The notes under the pieces are model-generated. The model had not been told where the DNA came from. It saw nothing but the letters and a program-made list of their open reading frames with translations, and ran no database searches. DNA of 64,000 bases from an uncultured delta proteobacterium (GTDB lineage Bacteria; Desulfobacterota; Syntrophobacteria; Syntrophobacterales; Syntrophobacteraceae). Of the stretch, positions 20,024 through 32,145 are shown piece after piece. The DNA is taken from positions 96,001-160,000 of the forward strand of contig CAWEHK010000021.1 in the NCBI GenBank assembly GCA_963808625.1. Reading direction: 5' to 3'. Positions within the stretch are counted from its first letter, which is position 1; each line of letters opens with the position of its first letter. A program made the position numbers and the translations under genes.

Positions 20024-21344
20024 GGGTGAGAGCTTACCGCGTACCGGTCGGATTCCTCGAGAGACCCCACCGTCGGCTTGCGCTCCGAAATGTCTTCCAA
20101 GATGCCGATGCCTCCCAGGCATGAGCCGTCATCGGCCTGGATCGGCCCGAAGTCGGCTTTCAGATTGGTGATCTTGCCGCCGGTTATCGAGAGGTAATGG
20201 CCTTCATAGCAGCCTGGGTTTCCGGCGAGGCAGGTCCCCACGGCGGCTTTCATTTTCTTGTTCTTTAAGGAATTCATCAGATTGAAGCCGATCAATTTCT
20301 CCCTGCAGGACCCCCAAATTTTCAAGATCGTGTCATTGCATGCCGTAATGTTCCCGTTTTGGTCAAAATGTAAGATGCCCAGGGGGGAATTTTCAAAAAT
20401 CATGCGGTACTTTTCTTCCGATTCTCGCAGCTTCTTTTCAGCCTGCTTGCGAATCGAGATGTCCGTTACGGTCCCGATTGCGCCCTTGTAGTTGCCGCTT
20501 TCATCCCGGAGAGGCGAAATGGAAATAATCACTGGAATCTTGCGGCCATCCTTGGCGAGCAGCTCAACTTCACAGGAGGTGTTTTCATCCCGTCTGTTTC
20601 TGACTATTTCCTTTTCGTGCCTGGCCAGGTTCGCCTGACCAAAGAACTCGGCCTCACTGCGTCCGATCAGCTCGTCCCTTGAATAGCCGAGCATCTCGCA
20701 GAGCTTGTCATTGGCATAAATGATCACGCCGTTTTCATCCTGGACCCCGAGCCCTTCATTCATGGTTTCAACCAACATTCGAAAGCGCTGCTCGCTTTTT
20801 TTCAGCGATTCCTCGGCAAGCTTGCGCTCGGTGATGTCCCGGATGGACTCGATGGCGCCCGTCAGCTTGCCGCTGTTATCATAGAGGGGCGCAGCCTTCC
20901 CCCAGAGATATGCTCCCCTGCCTCCGTAAAGCATGGGAGCATAGGTTTCGGCGTAAAAATCCCGTCCGTTTCTTTCAACAAAATGGTATCTTTTGCGGGT
21001 ATCGGCTTCGCCATGGATTACGAAGTCGATCAAAATCGGTCTGGATTCTCCATAGAACGGAACGGCATAGACGATAATCACCCTTCCCGAGAATATCTCG
21101 CTTTGCCACGCCCGTCATCTCTTCCACGGCATGATTCCAGGCGATGACTCTGCCCTCACAATCAATCACAAACGTGGCGTCGGGGAGGAATTCGATGATG
21201 TCGAGAGACTGCCGGTGGGGGATCAGGAGTTCTTTCCCGGCTTCTCTGATTTGCGCTTCCGAGTGTTGCCAGTTCACTGAGCTTCCGGCAAGTCAGCAGC
21301 AATTCATTGATCAGATCGTCTCGGGATTGCTTTTGATTTTCCAT
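19840..21344 (-). CDS. Multi-PAS sensor protein (3 PAS/PAC), frameshifted, no output domain
   Basis: LPDATFVID, AIESIRDITERK, MNEGLGVQD, FENSPLGI, EDISERK; pieces lie in three frames; the 3' end runs into the CAP gene. Confidence 0.75.
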
Positions 21345-21496
21345 CTTTGAACCCTCAAGTTGAAAACAGCCCAGCTTGAAAATAGTCAGCACGTGCCTTA
21401 AGAAGAGGAACCTATCCGGATTCGATCGTGCCTTGAGAGTTACTTCAAGTTCGCAGCAAGTAAGCGCAATCTTGGGTTCTTTGTCAAACAGTTTTC

Positions 21497-21706
21497 TTAC
21501 TTTTCGGGTTTCTTATGAGGGTCTGACAACTCTGCCTTCAGCTGTTCCAGGTGTGCCAGGCAACGAGTGATCGAGCGGCCGCCGCGGCGCTTGAACTCGG
21601 AGCATTGGCTGCAGTTGAAGCGCTCGCTGAGCAGCTTCCTTAAGATCTGGTCCTGGCAAATCCTCTCCACCACATCGCCTTCTTCTTTTCTCTCATCGGT
21701 ACCCAT
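21497..21706 (-). CDS. Small hypothetical protein (CxxC)
   Basis: 69-aa ORF with RBS GAGGA. Confidence 0.45.
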   Translation of the reverse strand: MGTDERKEEGDVVERICQDQILRKLLSERFNCSQCSEFKRRGGRSITRCLAHLEQLKAELSDPHKKPEK

Positions 21707-21764
21707 GGTGTGGTTCCTCGACTCGAGCCATCAAGGCTGTTTGTATGCCCAAACCAAAAAAGGG

Positions 21765-23149
21765 TCACGTTTCAAAACGGGCGTATGCTTCGCGCAGAAT
21801 CTCCACAGGGTGAAAAACCTGGTGAGGGATGAGCTGGTTGAACTGGATGCGGCAGCTCAGGCAGTCGCATACCAGCCGTTCGGGATCGAGCTCCTGGACT
21901 TTCGCCATGAGAGCGATTCCCCATCGCGACCGAAATATCGTGGAAATCTTGCTTGAATCCCATGATGCCGGCAATGCCGCAGCAGTAGGAAGGTCCGTCG
22001 ATCCTGACGAGGGTGGCGCCGGGAATGAGGCTGAGCAAATCGAAATAGGGCCGACCGATCTTTTGTTCCCGTAAGTGGCAGGGAGGGTAATAGGCCATGC
22101 GCGCCGGCACGCGGCCGAAGTTCCGGTCCAACTCCCCTCGGCCGTGCAGGCTCCACAGATATTCTCCCAGGTCGTAGGTGCGCCCGGCAACCTTCATCCT
22201 CTTTACCGGCGTCGATGGAGGAGAAATACCCTTCATCCTTAAACAGGTTCTCGGCGATAGTGTTACCGGGGAAGGACCATTGTCTGCGAACCGTTCGCAT
22301 ACCCGCTCGATAATTGGCCCAGCAGCTGCCTCCCCGGCTGATCGAGTCACGATAGGCATCGGTATGACAGGCGCCTTCACCCAGTACGCTTTTCAGCATG
22401 AAGCCACAGGTGGGGCAGGAGCAAAGGATTTCATAGCCGGCATCGACGGCTTCAGCGAGCCGGTCCACGTTGAACTTCGCAAACTCAAAGGTGAGCGGCC
22501 CGTCGCCCTCGATCATGCTTGGCATACCGCAGCATTTCTGCTCGGGCACGTATACTTCGACCCCGTTGCGTTCCAGCACCTCGATCACCGCCCGGGGCGT
22601 CTCGGGAAACAGGTATTGGCCCGTACATCCAGCGAAATAGGCTATTTTCCTGGTCGCCGCCGGCCGGCGCAGCGGAGCGCCACGCTTTGCCATCCATTGC
22701 GGAAAGCTCTCTTGAGGAAAGACGGGGAGCTTCCGCTCCGCATGAATCCCGGCAAGCTTTTTAAGGGCGCTTCCCGAGAAGGGGCCTTGGAGGAGGATAT
22801 TGGTCAGACGAGGATACGCGCCGCACACTCGGGCCACGCGCTCGACGTCTTCAAGCAGTCTGATCGCTGGTTTGAGCCCGTCTCGGCTGACAAAAGCATG
22901 CTTGGCCCTCATCACGTCAGAGCGGACGTTGGGGCAGGGGCAATGGCCGCAGAAATTGCACAAATCCAGGAGCCGGCGCAACTCTCCGGGCGTCGCTTTC
23001 TGTTTCTGCACTGCCTCCCGGTCGTAGAGCCGATACAATTGGGGGAAAAACATGCACGGGGTATGTTCCATGAGGTATCTGCAGACATCACACTCCGCGC
23101 ATCCATCAATTACGGCCTGAGCCATCTGTTCCGGGGAATCGCCGGCCAT
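21765..23149 (-). CDS. Fe-S oxidoreductase (GlpC/HdrD-like, 4Fe-4S + two CCG domains), frameshifted
   Basis: CAECDVC, CNFCGHC, YFAGC, KCCGMP, CSCPTC, YYPPCH, YCCGIAG, DCLSCRIQ spread across three frames. Confidence 0.85.
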
Positions 23150-23252
23150 CCTTATCGCTCCACCTTCCTGAAAGCCTCTGGCAACACTGCGCTCCCATGC
23201 CAGGCAGGAGCAGGCAGGAGAACAGCCCTTTTGGGCACTGTCCACCCGCAAA

Positions 23253-23322
23253 GCAGGCTGGAAAGCCTGCTCTACCAGCTACACCCACGGCAAAGAGATG
23301 TGGGGCAGGCTTTCCAGCCTGC
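23253..23322. repeat. REP pair GCAGGCTGGAAAGCCTGC / GCAGGCTTTCCAGCCTGC
   Basis: Two inverted copies of a palindromic unit, GTAG/GTGG-footed. Confidence 0.7.
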
Positions 23323-23632
23323 CGGATTTCCAAACAGGTTCCGAGGGAACCAACTTTCAAGATGATTAAAACAGGAAATAAGAAAGAAGAATATCCCCCT
23401 CCGCGAATAGCGAGAGAGATTGTCCAGGGATGTTTTTGTTCAGCGGTTGAATGTGGCGGTAAAGATGCTTACTTAGAAAGGGACGAGTAGTATTGCCTGA
23501 ATATTTCTGCGCCAAGGTTCAGGTTTACAAGAATCATCAAGGTTTGTGGGCTGTTGGCTTTTGCACCCTGGTCATGGGTGTTTCCAACATGATCATTAAT
23601 CATTGAGTAAAGATTAGAGAAAAGGAGATTTT

Positions 23633-24227
23633 ATGGCTATCGTTCTTCCCGATCTACCCTACCCCAAAGATGCTTTGGAACCCCACATCAGTTCCAGGAC
23701 TCTGGAGTTTCACCACGACAAGCACCACAAAGCGTATGTTGACAATGCCAACAAGTTAATCGAGGGGACGGACCTTGCGAGCGAAACTTCTCGAGGCCAT
23801 CGTCAAGAAGACGGCCGGAGATGCATCCAAAGTCGGGCTTTTCAATAATGCCGCGCAAGTGTGGAACCATTCCTTTTACTGGAAGTGCCTGAAACCGAAC
23901 GGCGGCGGTCCCCCGACCGGGGCGATTGCCCAGAAGATTGATGCCGGCTTCGGAAGCTACGCCAAGTTCGTTGAAGAAATGAAAAACGCAGGGATTACTC
24001 AATTCGGCAGCGGTTGGGCCTGGCTGGTTTTGAATGGCAGCCAACTGCAGATTACGAAAACGCCCAACGCCGACACCCCTCTTGCCCATGGGCTCAAGCC
24101 CCTTTTGACCATCGATGTATGGGAGCATGCTTACTACCTGGACTACCAGAATCGACGGCCCGATTACCTGGCAACCGTTATCGACAAATTGATCAATTGG
24201 GATTTTGTTAATTCCTGTCTTGGCTGA
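23633..24227 (+). CDS. sodB: Fe superoxide dismutase, frameshift near 23790
   Basis: LPDLPY...[32 protein letters not shown]. Confidence 0.95.
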
Positions 24228-24363
24228 GCAGGAGTGGTCAGTGGCCAGTGATCAGTGGTCAGTAAAGGGGGCCATGATGGTCTCTGGCGCCCGGTTCCAT
24301 CGTCAGCGCATAGTGCCCGATCATGGATGAATGATTGATGTGAGAGACGGGCACCGGAAAAAC

Positions 24364-24391
24364 AAAAAAGGAGGGCTCAAAAAGCCCTCCT
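24364..24391 (-). terminator. Rho-independent terminator after the 246-aa ORF
   Basis: GGAGGGCT-TTTTG-AGCCCTCC followed by a U tract on the minus strand. Confidence 0.6.
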
Positions 24392-24515
24392 ACTTCGAAA
24401 AGCGTTTATTCGGCCGAGGCATTTCCGGAACTTTCGCAACCCCACCAGCGCCAATGGTTCAATCCAGGCTCTCACCCAGCCACTCAGCACTCAGCACTCG
24501 CACTCTTCTTTTCCC

Positions 24516-25256
24516 TCATCCCGGGTAGACATTTCCCGTTTCGAGGATGCACCAGCCTTGGGGCGTTTTCCCCAAAAGCAGGTTGACCATCCAGCCATCT
24601 TTACAGTGATCGCTGATTTCCTGAGGTACTTTCACCTCAACCGGCCCCGACATGATTGTCCCTGAGAGAATCAATCTGCCGGGCTGAACCTCTTCTATAG
24701 TGAAATAGTCATCCAACTCATCCGTCCAATGGCGTGGAGCATAGTGCTGGGCAAAGTTATAGAGGAGCCGCGCCAGCCGTTCGGCGGCGGGCAGTTCTCT
24801 GGTGGCCTCGGATGCTACTTTATCGCCATTTAGGGCCTCTTCCTTGCCAATATGTCCATGCTCATCCAGCCAATTGACCAGCTTCCTCATCACCGTTCCC
24901 GCCGCCTGGAGGAGGGCCTCGGTAGCCATTACCTTGCGAATCATGAAATAGTTCAAAAAATTGTAAAGAGATGGCGGAATTTTATCCGGCCCGAAAATGG
25001 CGCAGAATTCGAGGTTCTTCTGAAAATAGAGCCGCTCATAAAGAGTGACTTCCGATGACCGGTCAAGGTCATGATGACCGTAACCGTTCAGGCAGTGCTG
25101 GAAAAGGTCGATAACTTCTTCGTAGCGATGAAAGGTCCGTGGTTTCAAGCGTTTTCGCTGATCTTTAAGAAACCGCTCGAGCACCTCTTCGATGCTTGGC
25201 TGAGCAACCGTTGGAAAATGCAGGACCTTCCCGGTGTCTCTTATCTTGTTAACCAA
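24516..25256 (-). CDS. Hypothetical protein, N-terminus reminiscent of an integrase core-binding (SAM-like) domain
   Basis: 246-aa ORF: IEEVLERFLKDQRKRLKPRTFHRY...; no tyrosine-recombinase catalytic residues recognisable. Confidence 0.7.
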   Translation of the reverse strand: MVNKIRDTGKVLHFPTVAQPSIEEVLERFLKDQRKRLKPRTFHRYEEVIDLFQHCLNGYGHHDLDRSSEVTLYERLYFQKNLEFCAIFGPDKIPPSLYNFLNYFMIRKVMATEALLQAAGTVMRKLVNWLDEHGHIGKEEALNGDKVASEATRELPAAERLARLLYNFAQHYAPRHWTDELDDYFTIEEVQPGRLILSGTIMSGPVEVKVPQEISDHCKDGWMVNLLLGKTPQGWCILETGNVYPG

Positions 25257-25391
25257 CCTGAATCTCCATGCCTGTCAAAATGGCGGATCAAGAACCATGC
25301 CGGGACTTCACCAGCCTCTTCCCCAAATTACCGCTTTCAACCGTCGTTGCGATCCTGCTACACTTTTCACTAGCCACTAGCCACTGCTCCC

Positions 25392-25705
25392 CTAAACCCG
25401 GCTACCACAATGGGGGCAGTATTGAAAAGTGGCTCCAGGGAATGGTCGCATCGAGCGCACCTGGATTATATTCGGACGCCGGGGCGACGGGCCGAAACCC
25501 TGACCTGGGAAGAGACGGCACCACAGCGGTCACAGATCACCGCCGGCTCCCCTCGCTTTACCGGAAACAGCGGAATGAAAAAGAGGCTCAGGTAGTGATC
25601 AATCCGCTTTAGCCTGGCCTGTGCCAACCCGCAGGCCGGGCAAAGCCGAGGGGTATCGTCGAGAGTCATGGTTTTTGGTTGGACACCCCCGATAAAGAAA
25701 AACAT
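25392..25705 (-). CDS. Zinc-ribbon domain protein, frameshifted
   Basis: MFFFIGG...CPACG...LFFIPLFPV...CDRCG, then CARC...FQYCPHCG* in shifted frames. Confidence 0.75.
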
Positions 25706-25976
25706 CGAATTTCCTCTTTGACGTTCAGGCGCGGCCCCGCTTCCGGTTGCGGTTCCGTCCATGAACGAGCCAAACGTTCAGGCCGATAAGCCTAAATCAT
25801 CTCTTGCCAACCATTCTTTACCACAATTGTGGAGGAAAGGCTATGCGGAAAGAGGGCACGGAAGATGGTAGTGAGCCCTCGCCTGAGTGAGGGATGGCAC
25901 CGAATTGCGAACAGTTCTGCACCATTTCGGTGGGCGCAAAAAGACGACGCCATGACTATCATGCCACTGTCCCATC

Positions 25977-26007
25977 GTAGGGTGGGCACAGCTTTACCGT
26001 GCCCACC
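25977..26007. repeat. GTAG-type REP (GTAGGGTGGGCAC...GTGCCCACC)
   Basis: GTAG foot plus palindrome just after the trpA stop. Confidence 0.65.
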
Positions 26008-26020
26008 AGATCTGCTGTCC

Positions 26021-26818
26021 TTAGCGGGTTGCTGATTTCAATGACCGCACCGCCTCTCCCATGCGAAGGACCAGGGCAGGGTCCTCAAGGTGTTCTTCAA
26101 TGAGTCGTTCGAAGGCTGAGCCTACCACCGCGCCATCCGCGAGCGCGCCGACTGCTCGAACGTGGTCCGGTGTGGAGATGCCAAACCCGACACAGATTGG
26201 TATGTTTTTGGAGCAAGCACGCAACGATCCGACGACCCCCGATACCTCGTCCAGATTCAAGCCGGCACTGCCGGTCACCCCGGTCATGGAAACCAGGTAC
26301 AGAAAACCGGAAGCTTTTTCGGCGATGCCGGCCATCCGTTCGGGCGGTGTCGTGGGTGCCACCAGCCGAATGAGAGCCAATTCGTTTCCGGCCCACGCCG
26401 AGGTCATTTCCGCCGATTCTTCGGGAGGCAGATCCACGACCAGCAGGCCATCCACGTCGACGGCTCGGGCATCGGTGTAGAAACGCTCGACCCCGTAAGC
26501 CAGGATGGGATTGTAGTAGCTGAAAAGAACGATGGGAATCTGCGTGGTATGGCGGAGCTCCCTTGCCATTTCCAGGACCCTGGTCAGAGTCACGCCAGCT
26601 TTCAGGGCTCGTCCGGAGGATCGCTGGATCACGGGACCGTCTGCGGTGGGGTCGGAAAAGGGCACCCCCAGCTCTAAAATGTCCAGTCCGGCCTCGCACA
26701 TGGTCTTGATGATATCCAGGGAAGTTTCCACGGTCGGGTCGCCGGCGGTGACAAATCCCACCAGGGCCTTTTCGCCTTTCCGACGCATTTCTTCAAACAC
26801 TTTAGCGATGCGATTCAT
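26021..26818 (-). CDS. trpA: Tryptophan synthase alpha subunit
   Basis: [31 protein letters not shown]. Confidence 0.97.
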   Translation of the reverse strand: MNRIAKVFEEMRRKGEKALVGFVTAGDPTVETSLDIIKTMCEAGLDILELGVPFSDPTADGPVIQRSSGRALKAGVTLTRVLEMARELRHTTQIPIVLFSYYNPILAYGVERFYTDARAVDVDGLLVVDLPPEESAEMTSAWAGNELALIRLVAPTTPPERMAGIAEKASGFLYLVSMTGVTGSAGLNLDEVSGVVGSLRACSKNIPICVGFGISTPDHVRAVGALADGAVVGSAFERLIEEHLEDPALVLRMGEAVRSLKSATR

Positions 26819-26833
26819 GCTCGTGCCTCTCCT

Positions 26834-28141
26834 TTAAGACTTCGGGCCAGCGCCCGTTAGACGGCCGGAGACGATCCCCAGGTCCTTGTCTCCTCGCCCC
26901 GAAAGACTGACAATGATGCTGTATGAGGATGGCCGCTCGGAAGCTTCCAGCAATGCCCGGGCGACGGCATGCGAGCTTTCGAGGGCGGGGATAATCCCCT
27001 CGAGGGCGCAGAGTTCCTGAAACGCGGCGAGCGCCTGGTGATCATCGATGGCCTCATAGCGGACGCGCCCGCAGTCCTTGAGCAGGGCGTGTTCCGGCCC
27101 CACCCCGGGATAGTCGAGCCCCGCGGAGATGGAATGCGCCTCCTCGATCTGGCCGTCACCATCCTGCAGCACATAGGACTTCGAGCCGTGGAGCACGCCA
27201 ACGGAACCGGCGCCCAGCGTGGCGGCGTGTTTTCCGGTGGCGACGCCAAGACCGGCGGCTTCCACGCCCACCATCTCGACCTCATCGTCCAGGAACGGGT
27301 AGAAAAGCCCCATGGCGTTGCTGCCTCCCCCCACACAGGCGATGAGCATATCCGGGAGGCGGTCCGCGACTTCGAGAAACTGCTTCCGGGTTTCATCACC
27401 GATGACGCGCTGGAAGTTTCTGACCATCATCGGGTAGGGATGCGGGCCGGCGACGGAACCGATGACGTAAAAGGTATCCCGCACCGCACCGACCCAATAG
27501 CGGATGGCTTCGCTCATGGCATCCTTGAGGGTGCCGGTGCCCGAGGCGACGGGCACGACCTCGGCTCCCAGCAACTCCATTCTCTGGACGTTGGCGGCCT
27601 GGCGCTGAATATCTTCGGTGCCCATGAACACCCGGCACTCCATGCCGAAGAGCGCCGCCACCGTGGCGGTCGCCACGCCATGCTGGCCCGCACCGGTCTC
27701 CGCAATGATTTTTTGCTTTCCCATCCACCTGGCCAGCAGCGCCTGCCCCAGGGTGTTGTTGATTTTATGGGCCCCGGTGTGGGCAAGATCTTCACGCTTG
27801 AGGTAAAGGGATGCCCCGCCCACTTTCGCGCTCAGCCGCCGGGCGAGGAACAGGGGCGTAGGGCGCCCGGCATAGTGTCGCAGGAGTTCTTGAAGCTCCT
27901 GTTGAAACCGCTCCTGGCCGCCGATCCGCCGGTATGCTTCCTCCAGTTCGAGGAGCGCCGGCATGAGGGTTTCCGCCACGTAGCGCCCGCCATAAGGGCC
28001 GAAATGGCCCATGGGATCGGGATATGGGGGGAGTGATGAGTGATGAGTGATGAGTGATGAGTGAGGAGTAGCGAGTGCTGAGTGCTGGGTGCTGGGTGCT
28101 GAGTGCTGAGTATTTGGTGCTGCGTGTTGGGGGTGCGTCAT
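26834..28141 (-). CDS. trpB: Tryptophan synthase beta subunit with repeat-derived N-terminal extension
   Basis: [39 protein letters not shown]. Confidence 0.97.
   Translation of the reverse strand: MTHPQHAAPNTQHSAPSTQHSALATPHSSLITHHSSLPPYPDPMGHFGPYGGRYVAETLMPALLELEEAYRRIGGQERFQQELQELLRHYAGRPTPLFLARRLSAKVGGASLYLKREDLAHTGAHKINNTLGQALLARWMGKQKIIAETGAGQHGVATATVAALFGMECRVFMGTEDIQRQAANVQRMELLGAEVVPVASGTGTLKDAMSEAIRYWVGAVRDTFYVIGSVAGPHPYPMMVRNFQRVIGDETRKQFLEVADRLPDMLIACVGGGSNAMGLFYPFLDDEVEMVGVEAAGLGVATGKHAATLGAGSVGVLHGSKSYVLQDGDGQIEEAHSISAGLDYPGVGPEHALLKDCGRVRYEAIDDHQALAAFQELCALEGIIPALESSHAVARALLEASERPSSYSIIVSLSGRGDKDLGIVSGRLTGAGPKS
28032..28122. repeat. 7-nt tandem repeats (TGAGTGA / TGAGTGC) within the 5' end of trpB
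   Basis: About 12 degenerate heptamers encoding [26 protein letters not shown]. Confidence 0.85.
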
Positions 28142-28818
28142 TGAAAGATCCTCCTTGGCTTCCTCGAGCAGTCGGTGGATGCAACGGCGCCGAGCAAGCG
28201 TTTGACTTTGTCCATATCTTTTCTCCCGGGCGCCGACTCGACCCCGGAACTCACATCGATGGCGTCCGGTAATGCTTCTTGAAGCGCCAGAGAAACATTC
28301 TCCGGGCTGAGACCTCCCGCCAGGATCACCGGTTGTCTTTCAGAAATGCCCGCGGCACTGCTCCAATCCCAGGCCCGTGCGTTGCCGCCGGGAAGCCTCC
28401 CTCCGGCGCATTCGACGAGATAGGCCGAGGCGCCATACGAGCCGATGCGCGCGAGAGAGGGCGTGCCATTGACGAAAACAGCTTTAATGACCAGAAGGCC
28501 CTGTTCTTGGAGGTTATTTACCAGCTCAACGGATTCCTGACCGTGCAGTTGCACCGCTCGCAATCCGCATCGTTCGACTTTTGCCATAATCGTGGCGAAG
28601 GACTCGTTTACGAACACCCCCACACTCCAGGCGGAGGCCGGCAGCGCCCTGATAATCTCTCGGGCCTGCTCATCGCTGACATGCCGGGGACTTTGGGGGT
28701 AGAAGACGCAGCCGATGGCATCAGCTCCCAGCTCCACGCACGCCAGGGCTTCCTCCACCCGCGTGAGGCCGCAGATCTTTACCTGGGGTCTTGGGAACAT
28801 CTCTTTGGCGACGGCCAT
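28138..28818 (-). CDS. trpF: Phosphoribosylanthranilate isomerase
   Basis: VKICGLT, VQLHGQE, ILAGGL, DVSSGVE; RBS AGGAGG. Confidence 0.95.
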   Translation of the reverse strand: MAVAKEMFPRPQVKICGLTRVEEALACVELGADAIGCVFYPQSPRHVSDEQAREIIRALPASAWSVGVFVNESFATIMAKVERCGLRAVQLHGQESVELVNNLQEQGLLVIKAVFVNGTPSLARIGSYGASAYLVECAGGRLPGGNARAWDWSSAAGISERQPVILAGGLSPENVSLALQEALPDAIDVSSGVESAPGRKDMDKVKRLLGAVASTDCSRKPRRIFQ

Positions 28819-28896
28819 GCTTTCAGTCCTCCTGAAAAGAGCCTCCGGCAATCATAAGGGATAATGCAAGAGGCTCTCCCGCTTTGCTTACAAAAC

Positions 28897-29070
28897 AATA
28901 TTGAATATCGAATAACGAATTTCGAATCATGAAGTGTTCCTCGTCCCTGCTCTCCTTCGATATTCTGCGGTTCGAAAAGTTCAACTTTTCATGATGTCTT
29001 CGGGTGTCCCGAACGGACATGAGGGACTGCGGTTCAATATTCGATATTCAATATTCGCTGTTCGATATTG
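28897..29070. repeat. Degenerate heptamer and inverted repeats (TCGAATA / TATTCGA); related copy at about 55405-55450
   Basis: Intergenic trpC-trpF; shared CTTCGA(C/T)ATTCTGCGGTTC motif. Confidence 0.6.
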
Positions 29071-29139
29071 AACTCTGTGTACAATCTCCCTCGCCTTATC
29101 CCTGGAATTCTTGATCTGTGAACTGAAACAGCCTCCCGA

Positions 29140-29931
29140 TTAGCGTCCCAGAAGACCTCGGAGATGTGCTTCCGGATCTGGCGCTTTCACCAAACTCTCT
29201 CCGATCAGGAAATTCCAGATGCCTGCTGCAAGCAGGCTCTCGATGTCCCGGCGTTCGTGAATGCCGCTTTCGGCCACGGCGACCTGGCCGTCTTGAATCT
29301 CCCGGGCCAGGCGGATGGAAGTCCGGAGATCGGTCTGAAACGAACTGAGGTCGCGGTTGTTGATGCCGATCAGGCGGGCTCCTGCCTGCGTCGCTTCCTC
29401 CAACTCACTCTCCGAATGGACCTCCGTCAGCGCGTCCAGTTGCAGTTCCCGGCAAAGATCGAGAAGCTCTTTCAGCATTTCTCGGGAGAGCGCCCGCACG
29501 ATCAGCAGCACCGCATCCGCCCCCATGGCAACGGTCTCATAAAGCTGATAGGGCAGGATGATGAAGTCTTTCCTGAGTACGGGAAGGGTGACGGCACGCC
29601 TCACTCGTTGCAGATCATCCGGTCTTGCTCGAAAGAAAGCTTGCTCGGTGAGCACGGAAATGGCCGCCGCCCCCGCTCTTTCATAGGATTTTGCCTGGCG
29701 CTCCGCATCCAGATTGATGCGAATATCCCCACGCGAGGGAGAAGCGCGCTTGATCTCGGCGATAATGTTCGCTCCGAAGGGTCCGGGAGCAGCGAGCTTC
29801 GCCAAGAACGGCCGCCGGTCCCTGGCCTGCCCGGCTTCTTCTGCCAGGCGGCTCTCCGGGATCACTCCTCTTGCCTCTTCAACTTCCTGCTTTTTTCTTT
29901 CGATAATCTGGCTGAGAAAGTCCGGTTTCAT
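29140..29931 (-). CDS. trpC: Indole-3-glycerol phosphate synthase
   Basis: IAEIKRASPSRG, ISVLTE, LRKDFI, GINNRDL, AESGI. Confidence 0.96.
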   Translation of the reverse strand: MKPDFLSQIIERKKQEVEEARGVIPESRLAEEAGQARDRRPFLAKLAAPGPFGANIIAEIKRASPSRGDIRINLDAERQAKSYERAGAAAISVLTEQAFFRARPDDLQRVRRAVTLPVLRKDFIILPYQLYETVAMGADAVLLIVRALSREMLKELLDLCRELQLDALTEVHSESELEEATQAGARLIGINNRDLSSFQTDLRTSIRLAREIQDGQVAVAESGIHERRDIESLLAAGIWNFLIGESLVKAPDPEAHLRGLLGR

Positions 29932-30266
29932 CGTTCCGCTAACCTGGTTTTCTTTCAATTTTTGCTGTTGGAAAATTGTACCCAATTTAAGCGAACCCAT
30001 CGGTGTTATCTCCGTAGGCAGTCGTCCCGGTTGTCATTTGGAGCGATAGCGAGAAATCTGTTGGGTATGTGTCCATCGTACAGGATTTGTCGTCGCCCGA
30101 AGGCTCCTCGAAATGACGGGTGAGGCGAACCGCTCAGTCTGGGTCGTGGTCAATGGTCAGTGCCCACTTCATTTGCCACCAGCCACCAGCCACTAGGAAG
30201 CCACTCGTCAGCTCGTCACTCGTCACTAACCACTAACCTTCGCCATTGTCAGTCACCTCCTAGCCA

Positions 30267-31289
30267 CTAACCACTGGCCACTTCATTCGTAAACCGAATC
30301 AGCGCCTCCAGTTTGCCTGCTGCTTTCTTCTCATCGATCGAGGCTTCGGCGAGCCGAATGGCCTGGGGAAAATCTTCCGCAACCCCGGCGGCGATCAGGG
30401 CCGCCGCCGCATTGATCACCGTGACGTCCCGGCGCGGACCCTTTTCGCCGTCGAGAATGCTTCGGGTAATGTGCGCGTTGACGGTGGGATCGCCCCCTTC
30501 GATGTCCTCGCGCCGGGCCTGTCTTCCCAGAAGTTGCTCCGGCGTGAGATCGAAGGTGCGAATGGCGCCGTCTTTCAGTTCGGAAACCCGCGTCGGGGCG
30601 CACACCGAAATCTCGTCCAGGCCGTCATGGCCGTGGACGACGAGGGCGCGCCTGGCCCCCAGCAGGCGCAGAGCCTGAGCAAACATCTCGGTCAATTCCG
30701 GGGCGTACACTCCGAGGAGCTGGCAGTTTGCTCCGGCGGGGTTGGTGAGCGGGCCGAGCATGTTAAAAATGGAACGGATCCCCAGTTCCCGCCTCGGCTT
30801 GGCGGCGTGCCGCATGGCCCCGTGGTAGAGCGGGGCAAAGAGGAACCCGATCCCGATCTCCCGAATGGCCTCCTCGACCAGTTCCGGCGCTACATCGAGG
30901 CGCACCCCCAGAGCTTCGAGCAGATCGGCGCTGCCACACTTGCTGGAAACGGAACGGTTCCCGTGTTTGGCGACGGTCACTCCGCAGCCCGCAACCACCA
31001 GCGCTGCCGTCGTGGAAATGTTGAAAGTAAAGGCGTGGTCCCCTCCGGTGCCGCAGGTGTCGACCACGGTTTGGGCGGTGACCTGGATCCGGGTGGCTTT
31101 GCGGCGCATGGCTCGGGCGGCGCCCGCCAATTCCGAAAAGGTCTCCCCTTTGGTGGCAAGCCCCGCCATCAGGGCCCCGATCTGGGCCTCGGTCGCGTCA
31201 CCGGACATGACCTCGGTCATCACCTCAGCCATTTCCTGCTCATCCAGGTCCTGTTTTCGTACGATTTTCTTGAGGCTATCCTGAATCAT
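30267..31289 (-). CDS. trpD: Anthranilate phosphoribosyltransferase
   Basis: [34 protein letters not shown]. Confidence 0.97.
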   Translation of the reverse strand: MIQDSLKKIVRKQDLDEQEMAEVMTEVMSGDATEAQIGALMAGLATKGETFSELAGAARAMRRKATRIQVTAQTVVDTCGTGGDHAFTFNISTTAALVVAGCGVTVAKHGNRSVSSKCGSADLLEALGVRLDVAPELVEEAIREIGIGFLFAPLYHGAMRHAAKPRRELGIRSIFNMLGPLTNPAGANCQLLGVYAPELTEMFAQALRLLGARRALVVHGHDGLDEISVCAPTRVSELKDGAIRTFDLTPEQLLGRQARREDIEGGDPTVNAHITRSILDGEKGPRRDVTVINAAAALIAAGVAEDFPQAIRLAEASIDEKKAAGKLEALIRFTNEVASG

Positions 31290-31879
31290 GATCCATTCTC
31301 TCCTCTGCGTGCTTTGGCACAATCGAGAAAATTCCTTAACAGACGCTTGCCAACGGGGGTCATAATGGATTCCGGGTGGAACTGAATGCCTTCGGTGAAA
31401 TGTTCCCGATGGCGAATGCCCATGATTTCGCCATCTTCCGCTTCGGCGGTAATCGCCAGACAGGTTGGCAAATGCTCCCGCGAAACCGCCAGCGAATGGT
31501 AACGCATGGCCTGAAACGGGCTTTGAATCCCGCGAAAGACCGATTCGCCATCAGCCGTCACGGTGGATACTTTTCCATGCATCAGGAATTTCGCCCCGAT
31601 CACCTTGCCGCCAAAGGCCACGGCAATGGCCTGATGGCCGAGACATACGCCCAGGATGGGGACCTGACCGGAGAAAGCGCGAATGGCCTCGACGCAGATG
31701 CCGGCATCCTCCGGGCGGCAGGGGCCGGGAGAGATGACAATGCCTTCCGGTTTTTTCATTTGAATCTCGGCAAGCGAAATCCGGTCGTTCCGGGCGACGT
31801 CAACCTCGGCGCCAAGCATCCGCAGGTACTGCACCAGGTTGTAGGTAAAGGAATCGTAATTATCAATCATGAGAATCAT
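31286..31879 (-). CDS. trpG: Anthranilate synthase component II
   Basis: [33 protein letters not shown]. Confidence 0.95.
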   Translation of the reverse strand: MILMIDNYDSFTYNLVQYLRMLGAEVDVARNDRISLAEIQMKKPEGIVISPGPCRPEDAGICVEAIRAFSGQVPILGVCLGHQAIAVAFGGKVIGAKFLMHGKVSTVTADGESVFRGIQSPFQAMRYHSLAVSREHLPTCLAITAEAEDGEIMGIRHREHFTEGIQFHPESIMTPVGKRLLRNFLDCAKARRGENGS

Positions 31880-32145
31880 GTCATTCCCCCATTGCTGCCG
31901 CAGCAGCCAGCAGCCAATAAGCAATAAGCAATAACGAATAACCAATTATCGAATAACGTATCGAGCAATCAAGAGCCACGCCAATAGACAAGCTACTAAA
32001 AGAAGAGAGATTCTAAAAACCCTCAAAAAGTCGTGGACGTGCAAGAGTCCTTCTTCCCGCATGTTTGGCGGGAATCTCACGTACTGTTTGTTCCCTGAAC
32101 GCCAGAAGCCTGTGGGGGGAAGACCGGAGGACCTTTTAGAACCGC

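Noticed and set aside
24516..25256. Prophage or ICE integrase
   Set aside because: No R-H-R-Y catalytic residues, no att site or tRNA, and no phage genes nearby.
25895..25910. Sigma-54 promoter TGGCAC-CGAA-TTGC
   Set aside because: GG-to-GC spacing is 9 nt instead of 10, and there is no co-oriented downstream gene.
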